From the IMG/VR virus record IMGVR_UViG_3300034102_003113: a stretch of DNA of 64,000 bases; one strand, given 5' to 3'. The stretch's first letter is position 1, and every line of letters starts with the position of its first letter. This document shows positions 43,225 to 54,300 of this stretch, piece after piece. The translations under genes were made by a program, and so were the position numbers. A model generated the notes under the pieces. That model searched no databases. It was not told the DNA's origin and saw only the letters and a program-made list of their open reading frames with translations. This stretch comes from a virus.

Positions 43225-45225
43225 ATGGCAGAACTTAGAGACCGCATTTACCACCGTCGCTCACCTATCGTTTCAAAAAGACCACAACTTTTTGACATCG
43301 ATGACGGAGAGTTAGCGCTCAACTATAATACCAACGAGCCCGGTCTCTACTTCAAAGATCTTGCGGATGATGGCACAAGGCGGATTAGGAAGATTGGTCC
43401 GATTCACTTTGGACCTACTCCGCCAAATTATTACGCCGCATCCCAAGGATATCCCACTGAGTTATCAAATGGGGAATGTTGGATAGATACAAGTGGTGGA
43501 GTAGAAGAATATATTCTTAAAGTATGGAACGCAGCGTCTTCTCAGTGGATAGAAACATCAGCGATTTATGCCCGCAGAGATGAAAATCTTGACCAGTTTC
43601 TTGACGGTGAGGATGGAGATGACTTTATCCATACCGACGGGATAAGATTAAAAATCAATAATAAGACCGCATTAGCAGGATTCTCCACGGCCGACGGTGA
43701 TAAACTTATTATCAATGAGGACAATAAATTTGCTAATGGCGTAGAAGTAAATGGCACGTCATTCCTCCTCACGACTGAACAAATTGAGGCGATTGGTAAC
43801 GATATCATCCTCAAGCCCCATGAGGGCTATATGTTTACAACAGATAGTGCTACTGGAACGACTCAGACTATCTTTGGTTATAATTCCCATGGTCTTTTTA
43901 ACGGGGAAAGAATTTACGTCCAAGGTACCCTCATCAACGGAACTACGCCATCCCCTGTTGCTGCTGGGGAGTACTTTGTGGCCGATGCAACCACAAACAC
44001 ATTCCGTCTGAAGACAGCCGGTGGGGCATATGTAGGCTCAACAGGGAATATTTATATCTCCTACTCACCGGAAATAATTGTTGATAGGGACCGGAATGTT
44101 ATCCAGGCCGGTAATTTTGGTCTAAAGAGCATCGATGACATTATCAATCTCTCTTCAAATCAGATTTCTGAGCAGACTTGGGATGTGTTTCACAACCCTA
44201 CAAACGGAAATGTTCGCGTCTTTGCCAGAGTTGGTAATGAAGTAGAGCAGATCGAGACATCAATATTATCTATCGATGTGAAGAGCGCGGAGACATCCGA
44301 CTCTATTGAGATTGGCGATCCAGTCTACTACGTAGGAAAAGACTTTGCTACAGGTCTTACCAAGGTGGCCAGGGCAAAAGCCTCAGATAACACAAAAATG
44401 AGAGCGATTGGAGTGGCCCAGGCCGAGATTTCTCCCAACTCCAAAGGCTCTATTACTCTTCTCGGTGAAGTGAAAGGGTTCAATACAACTAATCTTGATG
44501 GGGCATTGCCAGGCGGCACTAGTAATGTCGGCAGAGTGGTATACGTGGCAGAGAATGGTGGCTTACGTCTCTCTCAGCCAAATACAGTTACCAATATCTC
44601 CCAGCAGATCGGCATTCTTATCCGTGAAGATGCTACTGACGGTGCCATCATGGTCAACCATCCCAGCTCCTTTGTATCTCTCCCCAACCTTTCAGAGAAT
44701 TACATGTGGGCGGGTATTACTAATGATATAGCAACTGCCCACTATCTACTCCCAACAACTTTTAAGCGGACATACAATAGCCTCACTGGAGTCTGGAGTA
44801 TTGGTCTTGCAGATAATATTGAGTTTGGTGGGTATAAGTTTGGGTCGGATGGAGCAACCGGGTCAGGAATCGAGACATTCATCGAGACGACATCAGTCCC
44901 TGCGCCAACTTACACCCCACTAGACGTTGAGAGATTTAGTACGTCGTATAGATCAGCAAAGTACATTGTCCAGGTGACAGGAGTTAGTGCCGATGGTACT
45001 GATTCCCCGGTGTACCAAGTTGGGGAGATTCTTATCATCCATAATGGGGTAGATGCATTTGTTGTAGAGTATGGCATGGTGAGTACATATGCCAATGAGA
45101 GACTGGGGCAGTTTGATGCATACATAGACGGAGGGGATTCAGAGGTTGTACTCACCTTCCAGAAGTTTCCACTCGTCACGGGATCAGTAGAAATTAAAGC
45201 AGTTCGTACCTCTATTTTAGTTTAA
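43225..45225 (+). CDS. Tail fibre/baseplate-attached structural protein
   Basis: KRP...DGELALNYN..EPGLYFKD N-terminal anchor; C-terminal YRSAKYIVQ...EILIIHNG...EYG domain. Confidence 0.7.
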   Translation: MAELRDRIYHRRSPIVSKRPQLFDIDDGELALNYNTNEPGLYFKDLADDGTRRIRKIGPIHFGPTPPNYYAASQGYPTELSNGECWIDTSGGVEEYILKVWNAASSQWIETSAIYARRDENLDQFLDGEDGDDFIHTDGIRLKINNKTALAGFSTADGDKLIINEDNKFANGVEVNGTSFLLTTEQIEAIGNDIILKPHEGYMFTTDSATGTTQTIFGYNSHGLFNGERIYVQGTLINGTTPSPVAAGEYFVADATTNTFRLKTAGGAYVGSTGNIYISYSPEIIVDRDRNVIQAGNFGLKSIDDIINLSSNQISEQTWDVFHNPTNGNVRVFARVGNEVEQIETSILSIDVKSAETSDSIEIGDPVYYVGKDFATGLTKVARAKASDNTKMRAIGVAQAEISPNSKGSITLLGEVKGFNTTNLDGALPGGTSNVGRVVYVAENGGLRLSQPNTVTNISQQIGILIREDATDGAIMVNHPSSFVSLPNLSENYMWAGITNDIATAHYLLPTTFKRTYNSLTGVWSIGLADNIEFGGYKFGSDGATGSGIETFIETTSVPAPTYTPLDVERFSTSYRSAKYIVQVTGVSADGTDSPVYQVGEILIIHNGVDAFVVEYGMVSTYANERLGQFDAYIDGGDSEVVLTFQKFPLVTGSVEIKAVRTSILV

Positions 45226-45267
45226 AGCCATATAGATTCTATATGCTCGGGGGAGCTGTGAACCCGT

Positions 45268-45489
45268 ATGGCAAACAACAAAAAATTTAATGTCAGGCAC
45301 GGCCTGAGTTCTGGTGCTGGGGTCACTCAGCGTGATATTGTAAGCGATGTTGGTGAGGTGTTGGATGTTGGTGTGCTCACCAACCTTACTACTGTCACGA
45401 AGACAAATGTCGTAGCGGCCATCAATGAGATTAATGATGGTAACGCCAAGATCGACGATGTCATCGCCCTATCCATAGCACTGGGTTGA
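45268..45489 (+). CDS. Small fibre connector protein
   Basis: KKFNVRHGL start, LTT..KTNVVAAINE, DDVIALSIALG end; GTTTAAAG at 45220-45227. Confidence 0.65.
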   Translation: MANNKKFNVRHGLSSGAGVTQRDIVSDVGEVLDVGVLTNLTTVTKTNVVAAINEINDGNAKIDDVIALSIALG

Positions 45490-45500
45490 GAGACTGATCC

Positions 45501-45881
45501 ATGGCAAACACTTTTAAGGCCTATTCAAAAGCTTCCGTAGGCACTACTCCGACAACAGCATACCAGGTTGAGTTGGGTGCGGCTACGGGCAAAACGGCTA
45601 TTGTGATTGGTATCTCCCTGGCAAACAGAGCAGCGACTCCGATTAATGTTGATGTGCAGATCGATAGACCTGCGGCAGGCACTACTGCAGCTCCTCGGGA
45701 CGATGTCTACCTCGCCAAGGCTATCCCCATTCCCAGTGGGAGCACCCTGGAGGTTATGGCCGGGCAAAAACTCATCCTGGAGTATAATGGCACCGCGGCG
45801 GCAGGAGATAAAATTGTAGTTACATCAGACACCGCCTCGTCGCTTGATGTGATCGTAAACGCACTAGAAATCACCTCGTAG
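45501..45881 (+). CDS. Small beta-sandwich virion protein
   Basis: MANTFK...IPSGSTLEV..GQKLIL...SLDVIV..LEI pattern. Confidence 0.65.
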   Translation: MANTFKAYSKASVGTTPTTAYQVELGAATGKTAIVIGISLANRAATPINVDVQIDRPAAGTTAAPRDDVYLAKAIPIPSGSTLEVMAGQKLILEYNGTAAAGDKIVVTSDTASSLDVIVNALEITS

Positions 45882-45901
45882 GGTAAGGAGTAGCACTCAT
45901 T

Positions 45902-48712
45902 ATGGCGTATCTTGGCAACGATGTAGACTCGATTTTTATTCCAGGTAGTGTTAATACCTCAACAAGCCTGACGATTACAGGAGGAGGACTGACTCAGACA
46001 GGTGGTGATGTCAACTTTGATAGCGGGACATTATTCATCGATGAGGATCTTAATAGAGTTGGTATTGGAATTACCAGTCCATCTAACAATTTACACGTAT
46101 ATTCCTCTGCATCGACATCAACTCTCATAGAGTCTACAAATTCTTCTGGATATTCTACATTTGGGGTAAAATCTGGGGATATTGAGGCTCTATTATATGC
46201 AAGTTCTGCGGAAAACGCAATAATTTTAAGAAATAATAGCAATACAACTGCTGCCGCGTTGGCACTTGCAGCAACTAGGAGTAGTGGTGCTGATCTTACA
46301 ATTTTCAGAAGTACAAGAAACGTAGTTATTGGAAATAATCCAACAGAAGCATCTCAGACGGGGACTGCGGGTCAAAAATTACAAGTTCAAAGTGGTGCTT
46401 ACTTTTCTGGCAATGTAGGTATTGGCACTACCAATCCGGTATCAAAATTGGATGTTAATGGAAAGGTATCAATTACCCCGCCAACTTCTCTACCAACAAC
46501 ATTAGATACTGGTTTTAGTATTACAAATACTTCCACAAAAACCTATCCATCAACAACGCCCTTTCAGGTCACTCCTGGTTTGCACCAAGACATTCAGATC
46601 GGCACAAGCCAAACAATTCCATCTGGTGCTGGCGTTGGAACTATTCGTGGCATTTACAATAGACTTATAAAAAATGACGGAACCACCACAAACCTTTCTG
46701 GGGTAGGTGTTGTTGGTACAAGTAACATCATTGAATGGAGTGACGCAAACTTAGCAGCCAATTACTCGGGCATTCAAAATCTTTTAACTATATCTGGCAC
46801 AAATATTAGTGGCAATAGTACAAATTTAACTGGTGTAGTTAACAGTGTAAATGTCACAAATCCGAGTAATACTTCTATTGCCATAGGACTCTCAAACGGG
46901 ATTAGTTCAAATCTAAACTTAGGTACTTACGGATCGACTTCTCAAACAATATCTATTACCACTCATGCGGGAGTTGTTTCAGCAATACAAGCTCCACACA
47001 ACCAAGTTGGAAAGAACCTGAACATTGCGACAGTTTATGGCTTCAGATCATTTCTCTCTTTTGGTGGTAACTTTTCAGGATATGATGGCAGCAACTGTGT
47101 TACTACTATCAGCAATCTATATCATTTTGAAGGGACAGGGTATCTAGGATCGTTAGGCACTGGATCCACGACTACGATTACAAATCTATATGGACTATTC
47201 CTTGGCGCTCCAACAACACATGCTGGAACCACAATTACAAATAACTGGGGCATTTACCAGAACTGGGGTACTGCCAAAAACTACTTTGCTGGGAACGTTG
47301 GTATTGGGACGAATAACCCCCAGCAAGCCCTTCACGTTTTTCAATCCGGTGGTAATGGATTTGTTGGAGTCAGAGCCCAGAACAGCAATAGTGGTATAGG
47401 CACTGCTGGTATTGAATTTTCATCCGACGTAACGTACGCAAAAGCTGCAATAGCTCAGATTCGTGGTGATGCAAATGGCAAAGGCGACTTAGCGTTTTAC
47501 ATTGACTCAAGCAATGACGCCGCAAACTGGTCGACAGATGATGAAAAAGTCCGTATCGATAGCTCCGGCAGGTTGTTGGTGGGGACAACTCTTGCGCGTG
47601 CAAACTTCTATAATGGTGCTAATACTGCGCGGATTCAACTAGAGGGAACCAACTACCAAAACGCTGCTTTTGCCATCGTTTGCAACGCAAACTCTAATGA
47701 CAAAGGTTCCCTAATTCTTGCCAAGAATCGAGGCACAACCATTGGCTCAAATACAATCGTTCAAGATGGCGACGACTTGGGCTCAATTGAGTTTCAAGGG
47801 TCCGATGGTGCCGAGTTTGTTCAGGCTGCAAATATCAAGGCCGAAGTAGACGGCACCCCCGGCGCTAACGACATGCCGGGCCGTTTAGTGTTCTCCACTA
47901 CCGCCGATGGAGCGAGCAACCCGACTGAGCGGATGAGGATTACGTCGGGAGGAAATGTTGGCATAGGAACCACAAATCCAATAGCGTTTTCTGGTCAAAC
48001 ACATCATACCGTTAATTATTCTGGAGATGGAACACAGGTTTCTGGATATAATTTAATGGTGAATGGTACAAGATATGCTTCATTCATATCTTATCCAAGC
48101 AATTCGGAAGCGTTGAGGATTTCCTCTCATTCAACTAGTCTTCCGATGATTTTTCAGACGAATGACCAGACAAGAATTACAATTAAAGCAGATGGAAATG
48201 TCGGTATAGGAACCACAAATCCATCACAACCATTGCATGTTATAGGTAATGTAAGAATTGGTGCATCTTCTAGTGGTTCTCAATATTCAACTTTATCAGT
48301 TTTTGGGGACACTTCTATACAATCTGCTTCTCCTCTGTTAAACATGACAGTTGCAGATGGTTCTAATAGACTAGCATATATTTCTCATTCTGGGATAGGA
48401 AGTAATCTTTATATTTTAAATCAACAAAATAGTACTCTTAGATTTGGAACCAATAACCAAGAGTACTTGATTTTATCTACAACTGGAAACTTTACTCCAA
48501 GTTTCGATGCAACTCAAAATCTTGGTTCTCCCTCAGCCCGCTGGGCCAACATTTATTCTGCTGACCTTCAACTATCCAATGAAGGCTCCGACGGGAATGA
48601 TGTTGATGGGACATGGGGTGCCTATACCATCCAGGAGGGTGAGGAGAACTTATATCTCATTAACCGGCGATCTGGTAAGAAGTTTAAGTTTGTATTAGAA
48701 GAGGTTAAATAA
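45902..48712 (+). CDS. Tail fibre protein with GNVGIGT repeats
   Basis: MAYLG start; about 5 canonical repeats; C-terminal NDVDGTWG.YTIQEGEENLYLIN. Confidence 0.8.
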   Translation: MAYLGNDVDSIFIPGSVNTSTSLTITGGGLTQTGGDVNFDSGTLFIDEDLNRVGIGITSPSNNLHVYSSASTSTLIESTNSSGYSTFGVKSGDIEALLYASSAENAIILRNNSNTTAAALALAATRSSGADLTIFRSTRNVVIGNNPTEASQTGTAGQKLQVQSGAYFSGNVGIGTTNPVSKLDVNGKVSITPPTSLPTTLDTGFSITNTSTKTYPSTTPFQVTPGLHQDIQIGTSQTIPSGAGVGTIRGIYNRLIKNDGTTTNLSGVGVVGTSNIIEWSDANLAANYSGIQNLLTISGTNISGNSTNLTGVVNSVNVTNPSNTSIAIGLSNGISSNLNLGTYGSTSQTISITTHAGVVSAIQAPHNQVGKNLNIATVYGFRSFLSFGGNFSGYDGSNCVTTISNLYHFEGTGYLGSLGTGSTTTITNLYGLFLGAPTTHAGTTITNNWGIYQNWGTAKNYFAGNVGIGTNNPQQALHVFQSGGNGFVGVRAQNSNSGIGTAGIEFSSDVTYAKAAIAQIRGDANGKGDLAFYIDSSNDAANWSTDDEKVRIDSSGRLLVGTTLARANFYNGANTARIQLEGTNYQNAAFAIVCNANSNDKGSLILAKNRGTTIGSNTIVQDGDDLGSIEFQGSDGAEFVQAANIKAEVDGTPGANDMPGRLVFSTTADGASNPTERMRITSGGNVGIGTTNPIAFSGQTHHTVNYSGDGTQVSGYNLMVNGTRYASFISYPSNSEALRISSHSTSLPMIFQTNDQTRITIKADGNVGIGTTNPSQPLHVIGNVRIGASSSGSQYSTLSVFGDTSIQSASPLLNMTVADGSNRLAYISHSGIGSNLYILNQQNSTLRFGTNNQEYLILSTTGNFTPSFDATQNLGSPSARWANIYSADLQLSNEGSDGNDVDGTWGAYTIQEGEENLYLINRRSGKKFKFVLEEVK

Positions 48713-48715
48713 CCC

Positions 48716-50014
48716 ATGGCAATTTATGGTTCCCTTGGTGGGCAAGATTCAACATCTACTGGTTATCCATCTATTCGACCAACTCTTGATTTAAATTTTG
48801 CTCAGACTAAAACCCTAGATCCTAGAGTTACTTTCTATAGAGATTCTCTTGGAACTTATGTAGATTCTCAAGGAATTATTCGCACTGTTACAGCAAATGT
48901 TCCGAGGTTTGATCACAATCCCATCACTGGAGAAAGTTTAGGACTATTGATTGAAGAGAGTAGGACTAATTTAGAATTGAATTCTCAAGATTTTACGCAA
49001 TCAAATTGGACAAAAACTAATTGTAGTATCAATTCTATAAACAATACTATTGCTCCTGATGGAACTTTAACCGCTAATAAAATTGCAGAATCTACCGGGA
49101 CTATTACATCAGGTGGAGTAGTATATGCAATAACTGGAACAAACAATGGAATAACGTATACAATAAGTGTATATGCAAAAGCAGCAGGTAGAAATTACCT
49201 AGCTATTGATGGATATCTTGCACCTTATCAAACAGCAATTTTTAACTTATCAAATGGCACTGTGACTACTAGTGCTGGAGTATCTTGTTCTATAGTTTCA
49301 GTTGGAAATGGATGGTATAGATGCATTTTTGTTATCACATCTACTGGATACACTGGAGGTCCATCGTTCCGTTTTCAGAATGATGTAGCTTCAACTTCAT
49401 ACACTGGAGATGGAAATTCTGGAATTTATTTATGGGGAGCACAAGTAGAAGCAGGTTCTTTCCCAACTTCATATATTCCAACCTCAGGATCCGCAGTAAC
49501 TCGCAGTGCTGATACTGCATATATGGATGGAGTTAATTTAACAAGTTGGTATAGCATTTTAGAATCTACTATGTTCATACAAGCTTCAAATGATTATTTT
49601 GGTTCTTTTTCCTCACATGCTGGAAGTGGAATAGAACTGCATTCTGGAGTTTTTCAATCTCAAATGATTGCATTCGGTGGAAAACGGGACCATTTATATT
49701 ATCCCGCTGGACTGTTAGATATTTTTAGTTCTAGTGGTGCTTCTGTTTATGGAGGTGGTCCAGTTAATACCAGAACAAATGCAAGTATAGTTTATAAAAC
49801 TGCATATGCATATAAGTCTGGAAGCTTGGCAGTTTCTGCAGATGGATATAATGCTGGAACATCATCTAGCACATTTACTCATCCAACTATAACTAGGCTA
49901 CAATTTGGGTCAAATTTTTATGCTTATGATCCATTTAATGGAAAAATATCCAGATTAATGTATTACCCAAAAACCCTTACTGCTAGTCAACTTAAAAACC
50001 TAACGGCACTCTAA
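48716..50014 (+). CDS. Spike/fibre protein with CBM-like and concanavalin-like domains
   Basis: PTLDLNFA, PRFDHNP.TGESLGLLIEESRTN, GNGWYRC, WGAQVEAG.FPTSYIPT. Confidence 0.75.
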   Translation: MAIYGSLGGQDSTSTGYPSIRPTLDLNFAQTKTLDPRVTFYRDSLGTYVDSQGIIRTVTANVPRFDHNPITGESLGLLIEESRTNLELNSQDFTQSNWTKTNCSINSINNTIAPDGTLTANKIAESTGTITSGGVVYAITGTNNGITYTISVYAKAAGRNYLAIDGYLAPYQTAIFNLSNGTVTTSAGVSCSIVSVGNGWYRCIFVITSTGYTGGPSFRFQNDVASTSYTGDGNSGIYLWGAQVEAGSFPTSYIPTSGSAVTRSADTAYMDGVNLTSWYSILESTMFIQASNDYFGSFSSHAGSGIELHSGVFQSQMIAFGGKRDHLYYPAGLLDIFSSSGASVYGGGPVNTRTNASIVYKTAYAYKSGSLAVSADGYNAGTSSSTFTHPTITRLQFGSNFYAYDPFNGKISRLMYYPKTLTASQLKNLTAL

Positions 50015-50037
50015 ATAATACAGGAGAATAATAAACA

Positions 50038-52422
50038 ATGCCTAATCTTATTGGAACTGGTAATAATCAAGTCCCAACAAATGGAATGTTGGGTGGATTG
50101 GCATACCAATCTCCTGATAATGCAGTCATCAAAACTCTAGAACTTACTAATTTATCGGGCCATAATTCAGTAATTCCAAGTAATGCTATAGATGTTTTTG
50201 TGTATGATACTCGCAAAGACTCTGATGGTGGGCAATGGCGCAAGCGCACACAACATACCTCTTGGTACAATGAAACACTAAATACCGAAATTCGTGGAAG
50301 TCGTAGAGATTTTCCTGCGGTTGCTGTGATTGTTGCTACTACTACCACCATAACGATTTATGACGGCGATGATCCTGATATGCCAATGTGGATCGTTATA
50401 GCCAGAAATCCTGGAACTCTATTTTTAACAGATGGATATTCATGTTTAATTTCATCTATAACTGCATTAAATGGCATAATAAGTGTTGGTATTTATGCCA
50501 CAAATGAAGTTGGATACTATGGCGGATTAATTACTTTAAATCTTGTAAAAGATATAGGATTTAAATATGGGGGGAATAGTATTTTCTATAGCGGTAGAGG
50601 TAGTTATGGAACAAAACTTCGTGATATTGTTAACCCAACTTGGTATCAATTATTTTTATCTCCTAGTACATTTAGTCTTGTAAGCGGATATACAAATGAC
50701 GTGGCAATGACAGTGCTTCCAAATGCACCCATTGATAGTACTACGGGTCTTCCAGTTCCTACGATTGTTGTTGCTACTACTAGTGGTGTTAATATCATCA
50801 AGGATGATGGGACCATTATAAGTTGGTTGACAACAGTTGGTAATGTTAGTCGAGTATCAATATCAAAAAATTATGAAATCTTTGCCGGTGGTGGGGGTGG
50901 TATTGCATTTTATGCCTGGTATAATAAAACAATTCCAACATTATCTTCAAATAATTCTGATGCTATTTTTGGAACATTATATTCTTCTACATCATTACCA
51001 AGACTAGGTTCTAATGGAAATAGTGTTGTAGGTGATAAAAGTATATTTTCAAATGATACCATATATTTTTCTGAATACGCAGGTATCTCAACAAATGACA
51101 AATTAATCATACTCAATCAAAATACTTCACATTTTGGAAATAGTTTGGTTGCGTATCTTACTTCATCTTATAACACAGGATGGATGTACGGAGACATCAA
51201 AGGTGCTTTTCTGTCTGATACAAGTACTGCAAGTGTGACTGGAACTGAACTCGTTACAAATGGAACTTTTATTAGTGATGCAAGTGGATGGACTACAACT
51301 GGGGTGAGTTCTTCAGTTTCAAGTGGCAGATTACGAATTACTAATACAACAGTAACAAATGGAGAAGTGTATCAAGGATTTGCAACTCAAGTAGGTAAAA
51401 AATATGTTTTAACATTAGAATGTTATAGCGGAACAAGTAATGCATCATTTTTTATATCAAATGCTGCTCCCGATAACTACTTAGGAGATTTGGGATATGT
51501 AAGTCCTGCATCTGGTTCCTATACTATGTACTTTACTGCGTCTGCAACTACAACCTATTTAAGATTAGAAAATGTTAATACTCCTATTGGCGCGTATTCG
51601 GAATATGACAATATTTCAGTCCGTCTTGTCGAACCAGACCGCAGTGTAAACAACAAAGGACTTGCAGTATACGGAACCATCACTAAGACTCCTGTTGCAA
51701 CTGGTTCAAATCTGGTTGCCTATAGTGGATGGTCCAACTCCAATTATTCGCTCAGACCGGCAGGTGTTACTGACTTAAATAATTCCTCAATGACATTTAT
51801 GAGTTGGTATAAAGGAGGTAGTTATGCTGGAGAAGAAGTTATCGTAAGTACTGGAGATTATGGTAGTGCAAGTGAAGTTAGAAGTATATATTTAACCCCT
51901 AGTGGAGTTCCTGGATTTGCCGGGTGGAGTAATGATTATAATCCAGGTAATAGTATTAGGGATAATACTTGGCATTTTATATGTGTAGTAATTCAATATG
52001 TATCAGGAACAACTTATAATATTTCTGTATATGTGGATGGAGTTCTAACGGGCACAACTAGTAAGTCTTTATCTACATTTACAAATACGGCAATAAATGT
52101 TGGTGGGGGGTCTATTCCAGGAACATATTTTGCCAATGGTTCTTTATCTTTAGTTAGAGTTTCAACAACAATTCCATCTCCAGAACAAATCAAAAAAATC
52201 TATGAGGACGAGAAGGCCCTCTTCCAATCAAATTCACAGGCCACCCTTTTTGGCTCTTCGGATATCGTCACGGCCCTGGCCTACGATGATACAACATCGC
52301 TACTTCACGTGGGCACATCGTCGGGCCGTTCTGAGTTTAAAGGACTGAAAAGAGTGGGTAATACCACAACCGCAGTGACCACATCCATCTCCGCCTCAAA
52401 TGGCCTTGTAGCAGAGCAATAA
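50038..52422 (+). CDS. LamG-domain structural protein
   Basis: VFVYDTRKDSDGGQWRKR N-terminus; WHFICVV...VYVDG...GSLSLVR LamG-like segment. Confidence 0.7.
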   Translation: MPNLIGTGNNQVPTNGMLGGLAYQSPDNAVIKTLELTNLSGHNSVIPSNAIDVFVYDTRKDSDGGQWRKRTQHTSWYNETLNTEIRGSRRDFPAVAVIVATTTTITIYDGDDPDMPMWIVIARNPGTLFLTDGYSCLISSITALNGIISVGIYATNEVGYYGGLITLNLVKDIGFKYGGNSIFYSGRGSYGTKLRDIVNPTWYQLFLSPSTFSLVSGYTNDVAMTVLPNAPIDSTTGLPVPTIVVATTSGVNIIKDDGTIISWLTTVGNVSRVSISKNYEIFAGGGGGIAFYAWYNKTIPTLSSNNSDAIFGTLYSSTSLPRLGSNGNSVVGDKSIFSNDTIYFSEYAGISTNDKLIILNQNTSHFGNSLVAYLTSSYNTGWMYGDIKGAFLSDTSTASVTGTELVTNGTFISDASGWTTTGVSSSVSSGRLRITNTTVTNGEVYQGFATQVGKKYVLTLECYSGTSNASFFISNAAPDNYLGDLGYVSPASGSYTMYFTASATTTYLRLENVNTPIGAYSEYDNISVRLVEPDRSVNNKGLAVYGTITKTPVATGSNLVAYSGWSNSNYSLRPAGVTDLNNSSMTFMSWYKGGSYAGEEVIVSTGDYGSASEVRSIYLTPSGVPGFAGWSNDYNPGNSIRDNTWHFICVVIQYVSGTTYNISVYVDGVLTGTTSKSLSTFTNTAINVGGGSIPGTYFANGSLSLVRVSTTIPSPEQIKKIYEDEKALFQSNSQATLFGSSDIVTALAYDDTTSLLHVGTSSGRSEFKGLKRVGNTTTAVTTSISASNGLVAEQ

Positions 52423-52425
52423 CCC

Positions 52426-53550
52426 ATGGCAGTACGCATACAAAAACCAACAGTTAACGTCAGAGAAAAGTTAGCAGAACTTGAGAGACCTATTGGGATA
52501 AATGGGGCCGCTTTGATGGCCACCAATACTCCTCAAGATGCATTTAGTTTGATTGGTGCTGGTAGAAAAAATATATTAATTAATGGCGGAATGCAAATAT
52601 GGCAAAGAGGAACATCTTTTTTAAATTTGCCAAATCAAGGAGCAACAAACTATACCGCAGATAGATGGAATGCAACTAGGTATTCATCTGGGGACCATGA
52701 TGTTACCAGACAAGAAGTTAATTATCTCGGATTTCAATATGCATTGAGATCTGAAAGAAGCACTGGAGATTCAAGTAATACATCTAGATATATAAATCAT
52801 CCTATAGAAAGTTCTATCTCTAGAACTCTTGCTGGAAAAAATGTAGTATTATCTTTTTATGCCAGAAGAGGTGCTGGTGCAGCAACAACTGCTGCAGTTA
52901 ATGGATCACATATAACTGCATATATAGTATATCATGTTGATAATAGTTTTTTGGATGATGGGATGTTTTACGTTGGATTTAAAAATGCATCCACATCAAC
53001 AGCAGCATTTAAAGCCATAATTTTGTCAACAGACTTTCAAAAATTTGAACTTACTGGATTTATTCCATCAAATGTTAGGCAAATTGGAATTGCTTTTGGA
53101 ACACCAGAAGGTATTCCAACTGCAGTTGCAAATGATTATTTTGATATTACTGGAGTTCAATTAGAAGAAGGCAGAGTTGCTACACCCTTTGAGCATCGTA
53201 GTATTGGTGAAGAACTTGCATTGTGTCAGAGGTATTTTTATACTTTAGAACAGCAGCAAAATTCTGGAGGAATAACAGGAACAGCTACAAATACTGTTAC
53301 TAGGTATCAATTTCCAGTTGAAATGAGAGTTGCACCGACTGCATCTATTATTACTGCAGGAAGCTGGATTCTTGGCAATGATTACAGTAGTAATTACACG
53401 GCATCCACAGCAAGTATTATAGCATCCTCATTAACAAAAAAAGGTGGAAGAATTGTAATTGGTGGATTTGCTGCCTTTAATACTAATTTTTTCGTAGCGG
53501 GTACAGATTCTTCTGGCACAGCTATTATTGGGTTAAATTCTGAACTATAA
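52426..53550 (+). CDS. Fibre-associated protein
   Basis: RKNILINGGMQIWQRGT...ITGVQLEEG..ATPFEHRS.GEELALCQRYF. Confidence 0.75.
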   Translation: MAVRIQKPTVNVREKLAELERPIGINGAALMATNTPQDAFSLIGAGRKNILINGGMQIWQRGTSFLNLPNQGATNYTADRWNATRYSSGDHDVTRQEVNYLGFQYALRSERSTGDSSNTSRYINHPIESSISRTLAGKNVVLSFYARRGAGAATTAAVNGSHITAYIVYHVDNSFLDDGMFYVGFKNASTSTAAFKAIILSTDFQKFELTGFIPSNVRQIGIAFGTPEGIPTAVANDYFDITGVQLEEGRVATPFEHRSIGEELALCQRYFYTLEQQQNSGGITGTATNTVTRYQFPVEMRVAPTASIITAGSWILGNDYSSNYTASTASIIASSLTKKGGRIVIGGFAAFNTNFFVAGTDSSGTAIIGLNSEL

Positions 53551-53554
53551 AAAT

Positions 53555-54286
53555 ATGAAATATAAACTAACACAAAGCAATACGCATCGTCTTTCCGACA
53601 ACGCTTTTATTCCATCAGACCCAGCAAACTCGGACTACCAAAAATTCATCCAAGACGTTGCTGAGCAAGGAATACAAATCGTAGAAGGTCCAGACATTAT
53701 CGAACCTTCCTACGTTGAACTCAGACAACAAGAGTATCCTCCTCTACAAGAACAACAGGATATGCAGTACTGGGACCAAATCAATGGAACCACAATCTGG
53801 CAAGACACAATAACTGAAATCAAAGAACAGTATCCAAAGACTATCACGGGTGGGGTGACGATCGGTCCGGTGCCATCCTGGGTCCAGGAGGCCGCGGATA
53901 ACTGGATGTTTAATAAGCAACTCAGGGACTATGCTGGTGCCGTAGATCGCTTGGCCCAATACATCCTTGCGGAAGGCCGCCCCGAACTCACAGAAGAGAT
54001 CATAGTTGGCGAGGAGCCTATGCTCGATGAGAACGACCTCCCCACCCTTGACGAGGAGGGCAACCCTCTCACCATCCCCGTCACCCAGACCATCACCATC
54101 CAGATGGCAATCGATCCGCTACCGGAGTTTATCGAGGTGACCACCGGGTTTGACATCGAGACTGGCGATCCCATCACCGAGAAGGTCCGTAACCCCGATA
54201 TCGTCAGGGACGAGGAGGAGAGAGCCGCGGCTCAGCGTACTATCGACTCTACCCCTCAGGCCATAGTGGACGCTTTCTGGGGCTAG
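53555..54286 (+). CDS. Fibre assembly-type protein
   Basis: AFIP.DPANSDYQ and RQQEYP...EQ.DMQYWD motifs; chimeric GC content. Confidence 0.6.
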   Translation: MKYKLTQSNTHRLSDNAFIPSDPANSDYQKFIQDVAEQGIQIVEGPDIIEPSYVELRQQEYPPLQEQQDMQYWDQINGTTIWQDTITEIKEQYPKTITGGVTIGPVPSWVQEAADNWMFNKQLRDYAGAVDRLAQYILAEGRPELTEEIIVGEEPMLDENDLPTLDEEGNPLTIPVTQTITIQMAIDPLPEFIEVTTGFDIETGDPITEKVRNPDIVRDEEERAAAQRTIDSTPQAIVDAFWG

Positions 54287-54300
54287 TAGTGAGCCACTAA

